From Deltaproteobacteria bacterium (GTDB taxonomy: Bacteria; Myxococcota_A; UBA9042; PHBI01), in contig SBGO01000480.1 of assembly GCA_006226565.1 (NCBI GenBank), forward strand, positions 1 to 53,003: 53,003 nt of DNA, read 5' to 3'. How positions within the stretch are numbered: position 1 is the first letter of the stretch; the number at the start of each line of letters is the position of its first letter. Made by a program: the position numbers and the translations under genes. Below the pieces are notes generated by a model. It was given only the letters and a program-made list of their open reading frames with translations, ran no database searches and was not told the DNA's origin. Positions 17,567 to 27,644 of the stretch are shown here, piece by piece.

Positions 17567-20436
17567 GCCACCAACCGTTCGTTGAGCTCAGCCACGATCG
17601 CCTCGTACTCGTCCCCAAATACCTCGAAAAAGCCGCCAAGCCCGCCGGCGTTGATGAGGGGGACCTGGTCGAAGTCTTCCATCCGCACCTCGACGTCTCC
17701 GGCGATGCGGTCACGAATCAACTCGAGCCAGCGCGTCTGTTCGGCGCTGAAGGTTCGACCCCTGTTCGCCTGCTGGGCGAGCCAGTTCGTGAACCGCTCG
17801 TTCACCTCGTCGGCGTAGGGCACAAGGTCTTCGTTCGGGTACATGGCGTGGCGGGCGAGCGCCACGATGTCCGTCCACAGGCGACCCTCGCTCGCCCCCT
17901 TCACGCGGTCTGCGTCGACCCGCTGATAAGCGGCCCACAGACGCTCAGTCGTCCACTGGCGCTCCGGCAACCGGATCGCGTCGGCGAGCTCCTTGATCTG
18001 CTCCCGGCGCAGCCGCCCGCTGTAGGGGCGGGTGTAGAGGATCTGGAGCGCGTCGATCTCGTCCCGGTGCGCCGTGATGAAGGTTTGGAAGGACTGGATC
18101 AGCGCCGCGTCGTAGTCGATCTGGTGCCCGGGCTTTGGGCCTGAATCCACCACCGTGTCGGCGGTGGTGTCGTCGATGACCTGCTCCTGCTGCCGCCGCA
18201 CCTCCAATATGGTCTGGCAGAGGGTCGGGTTGTACGCGAGCGGGGCGGCAGCGGCCTCACGTAGCTCCTCCTGCGCGTCCTTGACCTGCTCGACGGTCGG
18301 CTGGGCGTCGTCGGCCAGATTGTGCAGCTCGCGGGCCTTCGCGTCCTCCTTGTCGGGGTCGAGCGCGTCGAGCAGTCGCGCGACGATCGCGCGCAGCGAT
18401 TCGCCGTTGTTGGCCCGCTGAATGGCCGCCGCCTGGGTCCCGTTCAGCTTGCGCTCCATGCGGTCGAGGCGGCCCGCGAGGTTGGCGAGTACCGCCTCGT
18501 CGCGGTTCCCGGCTCGCACCAACTCCAGGAGCGCCTCGAAGGAGATGCCCCGCGACCGGATGAGCGGCGGGTCGGACTTCTGCTCGTCCATCACGCCGAC
18601 GGCGTCCACGATGACGAAGTGCGTCTTGACCGTGGCGTCTCGCGTGATGGCCTGGAAGTCGGAGTCGGGCATGACCCGGACGCCCCGGCCCTTCATCTGC
18701 TCGAAGAGGCCCCTCGATTTCACCGACCGCATGAAGACGACGCACTCGAGCGGCTTGATGTCGGTGCCGGTGGCGATCATGTCCACGGTGACGGCGATGC
18801 GGGGCTGATAGGAGTTGCGGAACCTCTGGATCACGTCCTCGGGCCTGTGAGAGGCGGAGTGGCGGGTCCCGTCGCCGAGCTGGCGCTCGGGCTTGTAGGT
18901 GACCTTGACGGCCTCCTCGTTCCCGATGGCGAACTCTTCGCGGATGACCTCGAGGATGTCTTCGGCGTGGTGGTCGTTCTTGGCGAAGAAGAGGGTCTTC
19001 GGGATCTCGGTCCGGCCAGGGAAGATCTCGGTGAACAGCTTGTCACGGAACTCGCGAATCACCGTCCTGATCTGGTCTGTCACGACGACGCTGCGGTCGA
19101 GGTCCCTGGGCGAGTACGTGATGTCCTCGTCGAGCGTCTCCCAGCGCACCTCGCGGGTCTGACGGTCGCGCTTCCCAACGACGACCGGGTCGCTCTCGCT
19201 GACCTCGAGCGTTCCCCCTTCGCGGGTCACCCTGGTCTGGATCTTGTAGACCTCGAAGGGGACGTTGACCCTGTCGCGGACGGCGTGCTCGTGCCGGTAC
19301 TCGGAGACGACGTTCTTGCGGAAGAACGCGAACGTGTGCTTCGCCGGGGTCGCCGTGAGGCCGATGATACTCGCGTCGAAGTACTCGATGACCTGCCGCC
19401 AGAGCGTGTAGATGCTGCGGTGGCACTCGTCGACGACGAGCACGTCGAAGAACTCCGGCGGGATGTACGGCGAGTAGACGACCGGCGGTGGTTCTCGGAC
19501 CAGGGCCGACCCTGAGCCATTGAACGCCGACCCCTCTTCCAACTCGTCGTTGTACTCTGGCTCGCCCTTCAGGATGGAGTAGAGGCGCTGGATGGTCGTG
19601 ATGACGACCCGGTTCACGGGGTCGATCTTGTTCGAGGTGAGCCGGGTGACGTTGTAGAGCTCGGTGAACTTCCGGCCGTCGTCGGGCGCCGTGTACGCTT
19701 GGAACTCTTTGTACGCCTGGCGACCCAGGTTGCCTCGGTCGACGAGGAAGAGGACGCGGCGGGCGCCGCCGAACTTGATGAGGCGGTAGAGCGCCGCGAT
19801 GGCGGTGTAGGTCTTTCCGCTGCCGGTCGCCATCTGGATGAGCGCTCGCGGCCGACCCTCACGAATCGACTTCTCGAGGTTCTCGACGGCCCGGCTCTGC
19901 GCGGGCCACATGCCCGCCGCGTTGAGGGTCGGGGCCTCCTGCATCCGCCCGAGGAAGGTCGCTGCGACCGGGGCTCCGGGGCGAGCCTTCTTGATGGCGA
20001 TGGCGTCGTCGAGCCACCTCTTCAGCGTCTCGGGCTGATGGAAGTGGAAGACCCCGCGGCTCCGGGGCTTGGGGTCGAGGAGGTTCGTGAAGCGCGTCTC
20101 GACGCCCGTGGACTCGTACAGGAAGGGCAGGGGGCGGATGGGCACCGGGATGGTGCTCGGCACCTTGGAGGCGTAGTCCTTCGTCTGTGCCTCGATGCCC
20201 GTGAGGACGACGCCCTTCTTCTTGGCCTCGATGATCCCGGCGGGCTTCCTGTCCACGTAGAGCAGGTAGTCGGCGAACCCGGCGTCGGTCTTGAACTCAC
20301 GGATGGCGACGCCGAGCTTGGCCGCGACGTTCATCTCGGCGCGGTCCTGGACCGCCCATCCGGCCGCCTCGAGCGCGGCGTCGATGTTCAGCCGCGCGAG
20401 CGCCTCGGGGGAAAGGTCAGGAGTTGATGCAGCCAT
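17563..20436 (-). CDS. hsdR: Type I R-M restriction subunit R
   Basis: ADYLL...IEAKK nuclease motif, MATGSGKT, DECH, GLTATP, QMKGRG helicase motifs. Confidence 0.95.
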   Translation of the reverse strand: MAASTPDLSPEALARLNIDAALEAAGWAVQDRAEMNVAAKLGVAIREFKTDAGFADYLLYVDRKPAGIIEAKKKGVVLTGIEAQTKDYASKVPSTIPVPIRPLPFLYESTGVETRFTNLLDPKPRSRGVFHFHQPETLKRWLDDAIAIKKARPGAPVAATFLGRMQEAPTLNAAGMWPAQSRAVENLEKSIREGRPRALIQMATGSGKTYTAIAALYRLIKFGGARRVLFLVDRGNLGRQAYKEFQAYTAPDDGRKFTELYNVTRLTSNKIDPVNRVVITTIQRLYSILKGEPEYNDELEEGSAFNGSGSALVREPPPVVYSPYIPPEFFDVLVVDECHRSIYTLWRQVIEYFDASIIGLTATPAKHTFAFFRKNVVSEYRHEHAVRDRVNVPFEVYKIQTRVTREGGTLEVSESDPVVVGKRDRQTREVRWETLDEDITYSPRDLDRSVVVTDQIRTVIREFRDKLFTEIFPGRTEIPKTLFFAKNDHHAEDILEVIREEFAIGNEEAVKVTYKPERQLGDGTRHSASHRPEDVIQRFRNSYQPRIAVTVDMIATGTDIKPLECVVFMRSVKSRGLFEQMKGRGVRVMPDSDFQAITRDATVKTHFVIVDAVGVMDEQKSDPPLIRSRGISFEALLELVRAGNRDEAVLANLAGRLDRMERKLNGTQAAAIQRANNGESLRAIVARLLDALDPDKEDAKARELHNLADDAQPTVEQVKDAQEELREAAAAPLAYNPTLCQTILEVRRQQEQVIDDTTADTVVDSGPKPGHQIDYDAALIQSFQTFITAHRDEIDALQILYTRPYSGRLRREQIKELADAIRLPERQWTTERLWAAYQRVDADRVKGASEGRLWTDIVALARHAMYPNEDLVPYADEVNERFTNWLAQQANRGRTFSAEQTRWLELIRDRIAGDVEVRMEDFDQVPLINAGGLGGFFEVFGDEYEAIVAELNERLVA

Positions 20437-20597
20437 GTCGCTCCCAGGTCGGACGCAGCACGCCCGAAGGTAGCTCGGGTCGTTGTCGCTGACCAGGGAA
20501 GCCGTGCTGAACGGGACCGCTCTTGTTGGCGCGGATGCCGACGCTCAAGATGGTCGCCGAGACCACGGGCGAAGACCACGCTGGTGAGGGCTGTCGA

Positions 20598-21533
20598 ATG
20601 CGCTACACGGCCGCGACCGAGGTGATGGCAGGGGACGAGCTGGACGACTGGCTTGGTGCGGTCGACCGAGGTGGGCGCATGGTCTTCGTCCGCGCGACAG
20701 CTCTTCTCGGGCCCACGCACGGGTCGTCCGATGACGGTGTGGGGGGCTCCGACCACGCCCTCAGCGCGGGCGTGAAGGTCTACGCGCGAGTCGGCGCCGA
20801 CAGCGTCGAGCTCGACCGGCTGCCCGCGAGACTCTCCTACCTCAAGGTCGTCGATGGCCAAGGCTTCGCGAAGCTACGGGCGCCCGGAGCGGTCGCGACG
20901 GTCTATCGGTGTGAGCTCGTCCTCCGATACGACCTGCTCGAGTGGCTGACAACGAGGGGCCACTTTGCGTCCATCCCGGACGTGGTCGAGGTCGAGTGGG
21001 GGGCAGGGCGTCAGGTCAAGCTCGAAGACCTCTTGGTGCCCGCGGGGGCGTACTGGGATGCCGCGCGACGCCGGGACCGTGCGATCGGTCGTGCCGCGAC
21101 AAACCTACACGGCTACCTGCTGGACGTAGCCTCCGAGGGTGCCGCGAAGGCGTTCAACGATGGTCGCGGGGTGGGGGCAGATCACGCCGTCGCCGTTCAG
21201 GGCCCCGAGCAGGCCGGCGAGTCCGACAGCTTGACCTCGAGCGCGCGCGGGGGCCTGTCCCCGAGGGATGCCAAGATCCGAGCGCTCGCTGCAGAACACG
21301 TCTCCGACCGTGAGAACTGGCACGGAGGGAAGCCGAGCCTGACGGCGATCGCGAGAGCCGTAGCGCTCGAACGGGCCGAGGCAGCCAAGCTCCGTCGAAC
21401 GACGGTCGACGACCAGGGCAAGGTCGTGACCGCCGAGCACGAAGCCGGTTGGGCGCCCGAGACGATCCGCAAAGCCCTCAGCCGCGCGCTCCTGTTTCGG
21501 CCGTGGACGCAGGAAGAGCTCACCCGCAGATAG
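20598..21533 (+). CDS. Hypothetical protein, possible C-terminal HTH
   Basis: Long ORF divergent from hsdR; SLTAIARAVA...PETIRKALSR helix pattern; start uncertain (20523-20598). Confidence 0.6.
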   Translation: MRYTAATEVMAGDELDDWLGAVDRGGRMVFVRATALLGPTHGSSDDGVGGSDHALSAGVKVYARVGADSVELDRLPARLSYLKVVDGQGFAKLRAPGAVATVYRCELVLRYDLLEWLTTRGHFASIPDVVEVEWGAGRQVKLEDLLVPAGAYWDAARRRDRAIGRAATNLHGYLLDVASEGAAKAFNDGRGVGADHAVAVQGPEQAGESDSLTSSARGGLSPRDAKIRALAAEHVSDRENWHGGKPSLTAIARAVALERAEAAKLRRTTVDDQGKVVTAEHEAGWAPETIRKALSRALLFRPWTQEELTRR

Positions 21534-21638
21534 AAAAGATCAGGTCGATACCTGGTATCGCCCGGATCCCGGTCGCCGCGCTCCTAACGGTCTGCTCGAC
21601 GTTCGATGACGAACGTCGGTGACGGAGGGAGGCAACCA

Positions 21639-21863
21639 GTGCGACTCGATGACGAACCGACGCCGTTCATGTCGGTGGCGGCCTTCGCCGCGGCCCACAA
21701 GTGGCCGAGCGAGCGCTCCGTTCGGCACTGGCTCTACCAGAACACGGACGGCTTCAGGTCGCGGTGCGCGCGGCGCATCGGCCGCTCCGTGGTGCTCAAC
21801 GTCGCCGCCGTGTGGGCGTGGGTCGACGAGCACGTAGAGAGCGCCGCGGAGGTGGATTCGTGA
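21639..21863 (+). CDS. Excisionase/AlpA-like small DNA-binding protein
   Basis: FMSVAAFA...SERSVRHWL...RRIGRSVVLNVAAVWAWV winged-HTH pattern; GGAGGGAGG RBS. Confidence 0.75.
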   Translation: MRLDDEPTPFMSVAAFAAAHKWPSERSVRHWLYQNTDGFRSRCARRIGRSVVLNVAAVWAWVDEHVESAAEVDS

Positions 21864-23326
21864 GCCCGCGCGATGCCTACGGATTCGCTGAGGGGACTGC
21901 TCTGTCGCACGCGATCGAGGTCGAGCGGGAGCTTCTGGGCGCGATGTTCCTCGACCCCGCGAGGGTCTTTCCGTTGCTCACTGGGCGACTCCGCGGACGA
22001 GATTTCTACTCGCAGGCGCACGGGCTGATTTTCGAGCACTCGCTCGGGCTCTGGCAGGAGAGCGGCGCCCTCGACCCGCCGTTGCTTCTTCAACGACTCA
22101 AGGAGCGAGGGGCCTGGGAGCGTTGCGGTGGTGGAAGCGGGGTCAGGGAGGCGCTCGCCCACGAAGGCTTGGTCGTCAACGTCGCCCACTACCGCGACCT
22201 CATCCTCGACAAGGCTCGCAGGCGGCGGATGGCCGAGGCGGCTGTGGAGATCGGGCGAGCGGCGCACGATGAAGGGCGCGCCGTCGACGACATCGCCGCC
22301 TCGGCTCGCGAGCTCATCGACGACGCCCAGCGCGAGGGGGGCCACTCGAGCCGGATCTTCGCGCCACCGGTGACCGCCGACGGCGCGTCGTGGCTGACTT
22401 CCGTGCCTCCGAAGCGCGCCTCCATCCTGTCTCAGCGCGATGAAGAGGACCCGCAGCGGGGTCGGTCCTTCCTGCCTGCGGGTGTCGTTGGGGTGTTCTC
22501 TGCGCCGGGCGGGACGGGGAAGTCGATGGCCTTGCTTCAACTGGCCTTCTCCGTCGCCACGGGCTCGGACTGGTTCGGCCTCGTCGTCGAGGAACCCGGC
22601 GACGTGGCGATCGTCATGGCGGAAGAGGGCAGGGACGAGCTCTGGCGGCGCTTCCACCGGATCGCCCGCGCGATTCATGGCGATGACCACGAGGCGTTGC
22701 GCAGTGCTGCTGAACGGCTTGGGGAGCGTGTCACGGTCGCTGCGCTGAAGGGCCGTCCCTGCACGATTCAGAACGCCGACGACCCGGAGAGGATGACCGC
22801 ATTTGGCCATCAGCTCGTCTCGGAGCTCGCGAGTGACCCGTCCCGGTCCTGGAAGCTCATCATCATCGATCCGCTGTCGCGGTTCGCCGGCCCAATGGCC
22901 GAGGTCGATAATCACGCCGCGACGCGCTTCGTCGAGCATCTCGAGACGCTCACGGAGCTACCCGGCGGTCCCGCCGTCCTCCTCGCCCATCACGAGGCGA
23001 AGGGCGGGAAGAGCACAAACCAACACAGCGGTCGAGGCGCGACCGGCCTGTCCGATGGGGCCCGCTGGGCGGCCCGCCTCGAGGCGGTGGAAGGGCCGGA
23101 TGGCGTCTTGCCACTTCTCGTCCGACTGCGCCAAACGAAGAACAGCTACGGCCCGCTAGGGCCAGCGCTTCGCCTGAAGCGGATTGCAGGCGGTGCGCTC
23201 GTCGTTGCGAGCACGTCGGACTTCTGGGAGGCCGGTGCGACCGGCGAGGCGAAGCCGGTCAAGCCGCGGGCGGCACGCAACTCGGTGTCGGCGCGAGCGG
23301 CGAAGATCGCGGGGCTCGCACCGTGA
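21860..23326 (+). CDS. Replicative helicase: DnaB N-terminal domain fused to an AAA_25/RepA-like ATPase
   Basis: HAIEVERELLGA...DFYSQAHGLIF (DnaB_N); APGGTGKS Walker A, LIIIDPL Walker B, AHHEAK, RGAT; GTGA coupling to the upstream gene. Confidence 0.85.
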   Translation: MSPRDAYGFAEGTALSHAIEVERELLGAMFLDPARVFPLLTGRLRGRDFYSQAHGLIFEHSLGLWQESGALDPPLLLQRLKERGAWERCGGGSGVREALAHEGLVVNVAHYRDLILDKARRRRMAEAAVEIGRAAHDEGRAVDDIAASARELIDDAQREGGHSSRIFAPPVTADGASWLTSVPPKRASILSQRDEEDPQRGRSFLPAGVVGVFSAPGGTGKSMALLQLAFSVATGSDWFGLVVEEPGDVAIVMAEEGRDELWRRFHRIARAIHGDDHEALRSAAERLGERVTVAALKGRPCTIQNADDPERMTAFGHQLVSELASDPSRSWKLIIIDPLSRFAGPMAEVDNHAATRFVEHLETLTELPGGPAVLLAHHEAKGGKSTNQHSGRGATGLSDGARWAARLEAVEGPDGVLPLLVRLRQTKNSYGPLGPALRLKRIAGGALVVASTSDFWEAGATGEAKPVKPRAARNSVSARAAKIAGLAP

Positions 23327-24714
23327 ACGCCGTTGGCCCGCGATCTGTCATTCGCCTGCTCGACCGAGAGGCCGCGTTGGCAGTCGCGCGAGTGGTCGTC
23401 TTGGCCGACGACGGTGACGCAGCGTGGCCGGAGGCACACAGGGAAGAGGCCGCCGCTGTGCTGGCTCGGGACGCGACCGACGTCGTTTCCCGCTGGCTCG
23501 CCGAGGACGTCGGCGCGGATCTCGACACGTTGTCCAACGCGGGCACGCGGGGCGTGACGAACGGGGCGTTCAAGACGACCGATGTCGTGGCTCTCATCGC
23601 GTCGGTCGGCGTTGTCGGCGGCGCGCTCGGCGAGAATTGCGACATCAATCGGGACGGCGTGGACCTCGGGCGCGTGCTCGTGGCCGCGCTCTGGATCGGC
23701 CGGGTGAGGCCGAGGTTGAAGGAGCGACGCGACCGCGCGCGTCAGAGCCTCCCGGCGCTCCCAAGAGGTGTCGTCGCGGACCGCCTCCTTCCCGTGATGT
23801 GCGGGACCGCGACCCTGGACGAGAGCGATGCCGCCGCGCTGCTCCGAGACGGAGAAGGTGCCCTCCTCGCCGAGGTGACTCTCGTCGACGGTGCCGTCGC
23901 CCTCGCCGCGGTTCGTCGCGGGCTCGAGCTGCTCGGGACCGTGCCCGGTCATCGTCTCGTCCGCGAGCTCGCGCGTCGCTCTCATGATGCCTTCGAGAAG
24001 GGCGATCTCGATGCGCGTCGGGTGTCGTTCGTTGGGGGGTGGAGTGGACTCGCCGACGCCATCCGATACTCGACCAACGACTACGGGCCGCTCCGGCAGA
24101 TCGCCGATACCGGGCAGTACGTTCGGTTCGTCACGCCCAGCATCAGCTCATCGCCGTTGTGGCACTGGAGCTTCCGACGCGGGTCACGCCGGCGCTCGGC
24201 CGAGTTGGCGTTCATACTCGGTGACCCCCTCGTGCCGGGATACGTCCTGGAGCTGAAGGCCACGAAGAAGAACGGCGTGGGAGATCGTCAAGCCAGACGG
24301 CTGGTGCCCGAGCTGCGCTTCGAACCGCCCGTCGGCGGAGTGAGCCGCGCTCGGGAGCACGGAAAGATCTGGACGTTGCACCGGCTGCTCCTCCTCGAGT
24401 TCGTGGACCACGCTGAGCAGTTCGTGACCCAAGGCGGTGTCAGGATCACGGCGGCGCGCTGGGACGAGCTTGTGGCGCGTGCAGGGCTGCCCTCGGGGGC
24501 CGTCGCGAACATCATTGCGTCATGGAAGGCGGGCGACGATGTCGCGCCGCCGCTCATCGTCGAGGTAGAGCCGGCCAGGTTCCGCTTGGGCGTCGAGCAT
24601 GACCTCGAGCAAGTGTTCATCGAGGAATCCGGCCGACGTCGGCTCGAGGGGCGCGCCAGTGGACGCGCAGCGGCACGTCGACGAGCGGAGAGACGACGGG
24701 GAGGGCGCCGATGA
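23323..24714 (+). CDS. Hypothetical protein, putative replication initiator
   Basis: Translationally coupled to the helicase and immediately followed by iteron-like repeats; function inferred from position only. Confidence 0.6.
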   Translation: MNAVGPRSVIRLLDREAALAVARVVVLADDGDAAWPEAHREEAAAVLARDATDVVSRWLAEDVGADLDTLSNAGTRGVTNGAFKTTDVVALIASVGVVGGALGENCDINRDGVDLGRVLVAALWIGRVRPRLKERRDRARQSLPALPRGVVADRLLPVMCGTATLDESDAAALLRDGEGALLAEVTLVDGAVALAAVRRGLELLGTVPGHRLVRELARRSHDAFEKGDLDARRVSFVGGWSGLADAIRYSTNDYGPLRQIADTGQYVRFVTPSISSSPLWHWSFRRGSRRRSAELAFILGDPLVPGYVLELKATKKNGVGDRQARRLVPELRFEPPVGGVSRAREHGKIWTLHRLLLLEFVDHAEQFVTQGGVRITAARWDELVARAGLPSGAVANIIASWKAGDDVAPPLIVEVEPARFRLGVEHDLEQVFIEESGRRRLEGRASGRAAARRRAERRRGGRR

Positions 24715-24734
24715 ACGCGACCCGTCGGTATCAT

Positions 24735-24789
24735 CTCACCCGTTGGGGGCGCCTACCTCACCCGTTGGGAGCGTTCACCTCACCCGTTG
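24735..24789 (+). repeat. Three iteron-like direct repeats (putative origin)
   Basis: CTCACCCGTTG at 24735, 24757, 24779: exact 22-bp periodicity. Confidence 0.8.
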
Positions 24790-25206
24790 CAGGACCTGAC
24801 ATTCAGTCGGAATGGGGCTCGTCGGGGTGTCCGACCTTAACGGTACGGAACGGTAGTGTAGTCCGCGGCCGCTACGCGGTGCCGCCTGACGGCGTCACCG
24901 ACGCGGCCGCAGTGCAGTCGACGGTCGGAGGTGCGGCATGAGCGCCTCCGACAAGGTCGACGTCGGACCGCCGGGTGTCGAGACGGGGGCGGCGCGTCGG
25001 AAGCGTGTGCTGGCCGGCATGTTAGCGGCTGCCCACGCGCAGGAGGCGTCGGCGCGCGCACAGGCGGAGTCGGCGCGCGCACAGGCGGCGTCGGCGCGCG
25101 CACAGGAGGAGACGGCGCGACGGCTTCGCGAGCTTGCGGCGCTGCTGGCGGATGAGTCAGGATCAGGGGGACTGGAATCCGGGCCCCTCAACGACGAGGG
25201 CCTGGG

Positions 25207-26529
<1,323 letters not shown>

Positions 26530-26630
26530 AGAGCGGCTCGCGTGCTGTCGAAGTAGACCGTTCACACGACGCCGTCAAGAGCGTTCGTACCGGGGCCGAC
26601 ACCTTGTGCCGGACGCCCCGGGCGATCGCT

Positions 26631-26735
26631 TTAGGCGCGGCGGCGGTTCGAGCTCTGCGCCTTCTTCTCGCGCGCCTTCTTGGCCAGCTGACGCTGCTTG
26701 CGGCGCATCTTCAGCGACTTGTCGCCCTTGCCCAT
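26631..26735 (-). CDS. 34-aa highly basic small protein (MGKGD..., THX-like N-terminus)
   Basis: MGKGDKSLKMRRKQRQLAKKAREKKAQSSNRRRA; GAGGTG RBS; strongly biased codons; own promoter. Confidence 0.75.
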   Translation of the reverse strand: MGKGDKSLKMRRKQRQLAKKAREKKAQSSNRRRA

Positions 26736-26793
26736 CGGATCACCTCGAAACGGTCTGCCTCGCCACGACGGCCTGCCGTGACAGTGGGGCGGG

Positions 26794-26821
26794 AGTATAG
26801 GAATCTCTCCGCGGCTGGCAA
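26794..26821 (-). promoter_or_regulatory. Sigma70-type promoter for the small basic ORF
   Basis: TTGCCA-16 nt-TATACT on the minus strand. Confidence 0.55.
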
Positions 26822-26824
26822 CTG

Positions 26825-26854
26825 AAAAAGGCGCCCCCCGGCCGACCGGGGCGC
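26825..26854 (-). terminator. Rho-independent terminator
   Basis: GCGCCCC...GGGGCGC stem followed by CTTTTT on the minus strand. Confidence 0.6.
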
Positions 26855-26864
26855 GCGGAGGGCC

Positions 26865-27644
26865 TCAGCCGCCCGGCAGGCGGTACACCGCCACGTCGTC
26901 GAAGTAGGCGTTACTCGCCCAGTTGTTGAAGCCGAAGTAGCGCCCCGGCACGGGCGCCTCGTCGGTGTAGGTCATCACCAGCTCGCCGTCCCGGAAGAAG
27001 TAGACCTTCTGCTCGGACCGCACGATGGCCCAGCGGTGCGCCGTCGACTGGATCACGGGGCGCGCGTTCTGCGCCAGCCGATCCTTGCCGTGCTCGCCGA
27101 GGCGCGCGATCACGTCGAGGGTGTTGTTCCAGCCCCCGTTGATCACGCTGTAGCCGGCCTCGTGCCGCGGCTCGGTCGCGAAGATCTCGCACTTCAGATC
27201 GCCCGGGAAGCTGCCGTCCGCCTTCGGCTCGCTCCGCGCGGTGAACTCGACCCGCGTCGGCCCCTCCGGCAGGAGCTTCATGAGCCACGCGCCGGCGTTC
27301 TCGGGCTGCGTCGCGTGGAGCCACCCGTTCTCGATCCGCCAGCCGCGCTTGTCCTGGGCGTACGGCATCTCGGTCTTCCAGTCCGGGCCCAGCTCCGCGC
27401 GCTCGAAGTGGTCCTCGAAGACGCGCTCGCCTCCCTCGAGGAAGCGCTCCACCCCGGGGGCGTCGCCGCGCGCCGGGATGACCCGCTTCGGACAGCCGGC
27501 GCCCAGCGCCAGCGTGCCGATCAGCACCCCGAGGGTGCCGAAACGCCGCGCCCGCGCGCCACGACGCGCCACGACCTCGCGCGGGAAGGCCCCCACGCCG
27601 CACTCACTGCTCGCCTCTGTCGACATCTCGCCTCGCTCGCTCAC
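26865..27644 (-). CDS. Hypothetical lipoprotein, beta-sandwich (ConA/lectin-like) fold likely
   Basis: LALGAGC lipobox; FEDHFER...W...YFGFNNW...YFDDV pattern. Confidence 0.65.
   Translation of the reverse strand: MSERGEMSTEASSECGVGAFPREVVARRGARARRFGTLGVLIGTLALGAGCPKRVIPARGDAPGVERFLEGGERVFEDHFERAELGPDWKTEMPYAQDKRGWRIENGWLHATQPENAGAWLMKLLPEGPTRVEFTARSEPKADGSFPGDLKCEIFATEPRHEAGYSVINGGWNNTLDVIARLGEHGKDRLAQNARPVIQSTAHRWAIVRSEQKVYFFRDGELVMTYTDEAPVPGRYFGFNNWASNAYFDDVAVYRLPGG

Noticed and set aside
24735-24789. Mini CRISPR array
   Set aside because: 11-bp repeats with 11-bp spacers are far too short, and no cas genes are present
24711-24941. 76-aa ORF bridging the putative Rep and the heptad ORF
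   Set aside because: Runs through the iterons and lacks protein-like features; ATGA overlaps at both ends mean it cannot be fully excluded
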